This document shows, piece by piece, positions 39,882-44,612 of a DNA stretch of 44,612 nucleotides. Source of the DNA: Bigelowiella natans CCMP2755 (lineage: Eukaryota > Protista > Cercozoa). The DNA lies in contig ADNK01000906.1 of assembly GCA_000320545.1 (NCBI GenBank), positions 1 through 44,612 on the forward strand. Direction: 5' to 3'. Below the pieces are notes generated by a model, which did not search any database, was not told the origin of the DNA, and saw only the letters and a program-made list of their open reading frames with translations. Within the stretch, counting starts at the first letter, position 1. Every line of letters starts with the position of its first letter. Both the position numbers and the translations under genes were made by a program.

Positions 39882-40517
39882 CTTTGAAATGTTCTGATCG
39901 GCCTGCGGAAAGAAGGCTGCGGCTGTTGTTGCTCCACAAAATAGTTATAGTGTTCTTCTAAGACGTAATCAGGGTCAAAAGGGTTGCCGTCGTTGCTACT
40001 GCTGCTTACACGACTGCTAAAGAAGAAGAACAAGAAGAAGAAGAACAAGAAGAAGAAGAAGAAGAATACGTTAAATTGTCTTCAGGCCATTTCAAAGCAA
40101 AATTAAGATTTTATACCTAAACTTGTTGTTTAGTCTCAGCTGTCTTTCCAACTTATACTCATTTCGCTGATCGTGCAGTCTCGCCTCCTCCTGCCTTTGA
40201 AGAAACCTGCAAATATTCCGGATGTTAGTTGTCATTTGAGAGCTGCCAGACACGATGTGCATATCCCAGTGGATTGTTTTCGAAAGGACCTGTGAGCTTC
40301 TTTGCGCAACTGCCGACCAAAATTGGAGATTTTCCTTTGTCTACTTCTTTTTGACGTCCTCCTTGCACGTGAAAGCACTCTAACCTCGGGGCTAGTCATC
40401 GCCAGCATCAAGCAACCTGCGAAGATACGCATATGGGTCCTTCATTTTCGTTGTATCTAGCGCAGCACGGCCTTTTTTCCCAAGCAATTGCTTGTTTACA
40501 AGGTTGGGTGTGGGCAT
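39092..40517 (-). CDS. Hypothetical basic/low-complexity (probably nuclear) protein with SUMO-interacting motif
   Basis: Phase-consistent exons MPTPNLVNKQLLGKKGRAALDTTKMKDPYAYLRR|RTSKRSRQRKISNFGRQLRKEAHR|FLQRQEEARLHDQRNEYKLERQLRLNN|SRVSSSSNDGNPFDPDY...; terminal exon contains EVIDLTTDD and Arg/His-rich tracts. Confidence 0.6.
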
Positions 40518-41599
40518 CCGCGGTACCTTCCCGATGAAGGCTCTTGCTGAATGAAGCGGGTTGAGCGAAAGGGTTCGAGTCGTCTCGGCTGAAGAAGGAA
40601 ATCTTCCAATTGGACAGTAAATCATCCGGGATAGAACTAAATAAAGTACTTCTTATCTTTTGAGGTTCCCATCTTATTCACTCTGTTTTTCCAGGGAGAA
40701 TATGATGACAGTTTTAGTCAAACCTACATCAAAATCTTGTCCAGAAGATTCTCCTCCTTCGACAGAAAAACTCGGCGAATTTCCCTGTTGCCTCTGACCA
40801 GCACAGCAGCTCATCTCCCTGACGGTGTAAGTATGCCGTTTGTGCCCTTTTTCGCTAAACATAGCATTATTTTGATAAAAATGTAATCATTTTGAGATTT
40901 CGCTCACACCATCGATATCAAGTAGTATCCTGAAAATGTTACAGAAATGGGAGCAAGTTCGCAGCTAATTTGCATCGTATATCTCTTTCTCATCATGTCG
41001 CTAGTAATATTGGTAGGACGATTTTGTTATTTCGATATGAAGAATTTCCTCCAAAATCTGAATTGCGGCATCTGAATTACAAGGTACTCTGTGGGGTAAG
41101 GGGGGGGGGCGGAAAGGGATCGGTCAGAGCGAAGAAAATCCATTTTATGGGAAGAAGGAGCAAAAATAAAAACTGGGCACAGCCTGTAGAAATTTATTTT
41201 TAGGTTATAGTTCTTTCTCTCCCCTCTGTAGTGGCTGTTGACTGCTTCGAACTCTTCAACGGCCAGCGAGGGTTGTTTTCAGCCAATGGCTGAGGTTTCA
41301 ATGAAGTCATAACAAATGTGTCAAACTCCTCTGTAAGATTCTAGCATAGTGCCACTGTTGAAGCTGGACTCATTTTATGGCCAAGCACTCAGCATTGCCT
41401 TGATGAGCGCTACTGGACAACTTTCTTTGAATAATTATGATTTTTTTGGGCTGGGGAGATGAGCGTCGTCGTTGCTATTGTCTGACACTCGATACTAATT
41501 TTTCTCTATTTTATGCTTCCTTCTTCTGCATCAGAGTGTGTGGAGTGAGAGAGAGCGATATAGAGAGAGAGAGAGTCTCATCAACCAGCCGATAGAAAG

Positions 41600-42913
41600 A
41601 TGCTTCTCTCCGCCGCCTCCGCAGCACGGAAAGACGAGGCAGCTTGCCCTTCATCGCGTCGCAGACTGGCCCTCCTCATATCCTCCGCTTTGGCGGTCTC
41701 CTTACTCTTTCTCGCACAAGCACCGGATGCTGGCAGGTTGCGACGCTAGCAGCTATAAGTCAAAAGACGTCGTTTTCACCACGATTTCGCTGTTTGGTAT
41801 TCGAACAGGCACCATTTCCCACTTAACAGTATCCACAACCTCCACCTTTCCTGTGCAAAAATTTTTTCCCTCTGTCTTACAACAATCAAATCTCTCTACT
41901 ATTCATGTGTTTAGAATTGGTCGAGCACTGGTATCTACAACCTCATTGGCGCAACAGCAGCAGCTCCCGCGAGGAGGGGCAGCCAAAATGTGTTCATCTA
42001 CCCCTTCCCTAAGAGGGCAGAGGCATACTGGCCTCTTTTCGCCGCACCCACTGCAGCAGCGGCAGCAGCAGCAAGTTCTTCTCGGCGACAACGCCAGGTC
42101 AATGGCAGTTTTTTCCTCAACGGATGATGTTACGTCGAAGAGCATCCTGCTGCGTGCAGAAGAACTTACCAAGGATCTTGAGCTGGAGCAGACTGAGAGC
42201 AACAAGCGGCGGGTAACTTGCTTTTGCCCCCCTTGCTATTTTATTCTTTTCATCGAGCGGAAAGAACAAGTGAATGGACGAATGTATTGTTTTTGTCTCG
42301 TTACTGTCTCATTACTACTGCTGTCTTTTCCTCCTCCCTCCTCCTCCTGCTCGCTCTCTCATATCATAATCATCGCTCACATGACTCATCACGTCTGTGG
42401 CTCCACGCACAGTGTCTTTCCGGGATGGGCGAGGCAGATCTCAGCGGACGTGTGGTGCTCGTGCGTGCGGACTTAAACGTCCCACTGGCTCCTATGCACG
42501 ACGAAGTGCTGCTTGACCAACGGCTTAAAGACGCCATTCCCACCATCCGATACTTGGTAATAACATAGTGATAATTGTAAGGAGGGGGAGGGGGCGTGAA
42601 AGTAGTCTGATTAGTGAAAGGAAATACGACTCCCTATGATGGTCTAACTGCGTGTCAATCAATCCTGTGTGAAATTATCCTGCTGCTGCTGCTGCTGCTG
42701 TTACGGACGGACTATGCTTAGACCTCCTCGCCTAATTCTGTGGCTGATTCTTTATCACTTTGCGGTAATGTGTTGTTTCAGACTCAAAGAGGCGCCAAAG
42801 TGCTTGTGATCGGGCACATTGAGCGCTTGAGAGAAGACGGTCCTCAGCCGGTAAGTAGTAGCACAGTCACTCCCAACGGGGTTAAACCTAATATAATGCT
42901 GCTGCTGCTGCAT

Positions 42914-42959
<46 letters not shown>

Positions 42960-42977
42960 TCTCTCTGTATGTGTGTC

Positions 42978-43017
<40 letters not shown>

Positions 43018-43673
43018 GTGTGTGCAGTCTTATCACAACGCTGCAATTATTTGAAAACTTAGGTATCCCTAGCTCCTGTCGCATCTGCGATGTCGGAACT
43101 CATGAATGAGGTCAGAGAACACCCAACCAACCAACACACGCCATTTCTTACTTTTTATACCATTAGCGAAGAGAGTAGAATTATAGAATAGTAGGGAGGG
43201 GGGTCAGTGAGAGAGAGAGAGAGAGAGTGAAGGGAGGGGGGGGGAGGGTTAGCGGTGATATGTGCAGTGTAAGAAAAAGAAACGATGGACAATCGATGTA
43301 CGCATGTATAACAATAGGTCGTTACCTTCGTGGCAGAAGCACGGGGCCAAAGGTCTTTCTCATAGCACACACACACACACACGCGCGCGCGCAAACATCT
43401 CCAGAAGATGGGGTTTGATTGTCTTTGACTGGGTTCTATCTGTGGATGTGACTTCTGTGCTCTCTCATTCTCTCCCTCTCATTCATTGTACCTCCTCCTC
43501 CTCCTCCTCCTCCTCCTCCTCCTCCTCCTCCTCCTCCTCACACTACTACTACTACTATTACTACTACTACTACTACTACTACTCTAGGTCGAGAAGGTGG
43601 TTGAGACCATGGGGATGGGTACTGTTGTGCTCCTGGAGAACGTGCGACTCAACGATCATGAGCTGTAATTTAG

Positions 43674-43721
<48 letters not shown>

Positions 43722-43879
43722 CATATATTATATATGCATGTAATCCTTTTACTACTAATACTAACACTAATACTACGAATACCATATATATTGTTGCTGC
43801 CAGCAATAGTAGGAATCGTTGATGAATTCCCTCTCCACGATAGTCACCATCGTTTATGATGTTGTTTCACAATTTTCAT

Positions 43880-43913
<34 letters not shown>

Positions 43914-44278
43914 ATGTTCATCTAGGGACGAGAAAAACGACGAGGAGTTTGCAAGGAAGCTGGCCTCCGTGGCTGATATGTACGTGTTGTCATCGTCGTT
44001 ATTATGATGGTGGACTGCTTGAAGAGTTTGTGACAACAATCATCATTACTCTCATCACGATATGTTTGATGTCGCCGAGTACGAGTGAGAACAGAAGAGT
44101 CATATCACACCCACCCATTCACATCACTGCATTTCACAATCCCTCCTCTTTCATCCTCCTCCTCCTCCTCTCCTTGGCCTTTCTGCTTTGCCGACAATGA
44201 TCCAACCACCATCACTACTAGTTTCGTTATGGACGACTTCGCAGATGCACATCTCAACTTGGCGTCTACTGTTGGAGG
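41600..44278 (+). CDS. PGK: Divergent phosphoglycerate kinase (PGK-like) with bipartite signal+transit presequence; 3' part beyond window
   Basis: Exon 1 MLLSAASAARKDEAACPSSRRRLALLISSALAVSLLFLAQAPDAG, then a Ser/Arg/Gln-rich transit-like exon. Then [92 protein letters not shown]. One exon (43318-43352) is out of phase by 1 nt. Confidence 0.85.
43491..43583. repeat. Compound (CCT)n/(CTA)n microsatellite abutting an acceptor
   Basis: Directly visible in a PGK intron. Confidence 0.95.
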
Positions 44279-44612
44279 TGAATAACAATAACAACAATGA
44301 CAACACGACAGCGATTTGTAATTGTTCCTGCTGATGATGATGTTGTTGTTGTTGTCGTTGCTGTTGTGTGTGTGTGTGTGCGTGCGTTGTATTATTCCAA
44401 CCGATGTGTAATTGGTGTGTAATAATGAATGAATGAATGAATGAATGATGAGCAACAACAATTAGTGACAAAGTACTGTGAGATCAACGTCGCTGGTCTT
44501 CTGGTAGAGAGTGAGCATAAACACCTTGAGGTAACTAGAAGTAGTAGTAGCAATACTACTAGTAGTAGGTGCTGCAAGAAGGAGGAGGGGAGAGAGAGAG
44601 GGGGGGGGGGGG

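Noticed and set aside
41538-42476. 312-aa ORF as a standalone gene
   Set aside because: Read-through of PGK exon 2 and flanking introns
2510-44577. Numerous ORFs with poly-CV, HT, ER, M, I, Y tracts
   Set aside because: Translations of intronic microsatellites, or antisense to real exons

Overview
Eukaryotic nuclear DNA, extremely intron-dense (small GT-AG introns, many packed with microsatellites). Most of the supplied ORF track is spurious, so genes were rebuilt by hand-splicing. About ten protein-coding genes are supported, in strictly alternating orientation (- + - + - + - + - +): an RgpF-motif-like hypothetical protein, glycyl-tRNA synthetase (29 exons), a small membrane protein, a mitochondrial dicarboxylate/2-oxoglutarate carrier, an N-acylated STK32/GRK-like AGC kinase, a Tudor + acidic + CS/HSP20-like protein, an ABC1/UbiB atypical kinase, a sulfotransferase, a SIM-containing basic protein, and a divergent PGK with a bipartite presequence. 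That presequence suggests a secondary-plastid alga such as a chlorarachniophyte (inference). The most striking unexplained structure: all four tail-to-tail (convergent) intergenic gaps contain a distinctive palindrome-rich domain (CTAG/GCATGC-type words, GAA/TTC-poor where counted). These gaps share exact 9-16 nt motifs (ATAGCTAGATAG x5, CACATCTAGACATG x2, AGCTAGCAA x3) that I did not see in the head-to-head gaps. This is a candidate undescribed termination/boundary element system. All gene models and motif counts are by eye and need computational/RNA-seq confirmation.
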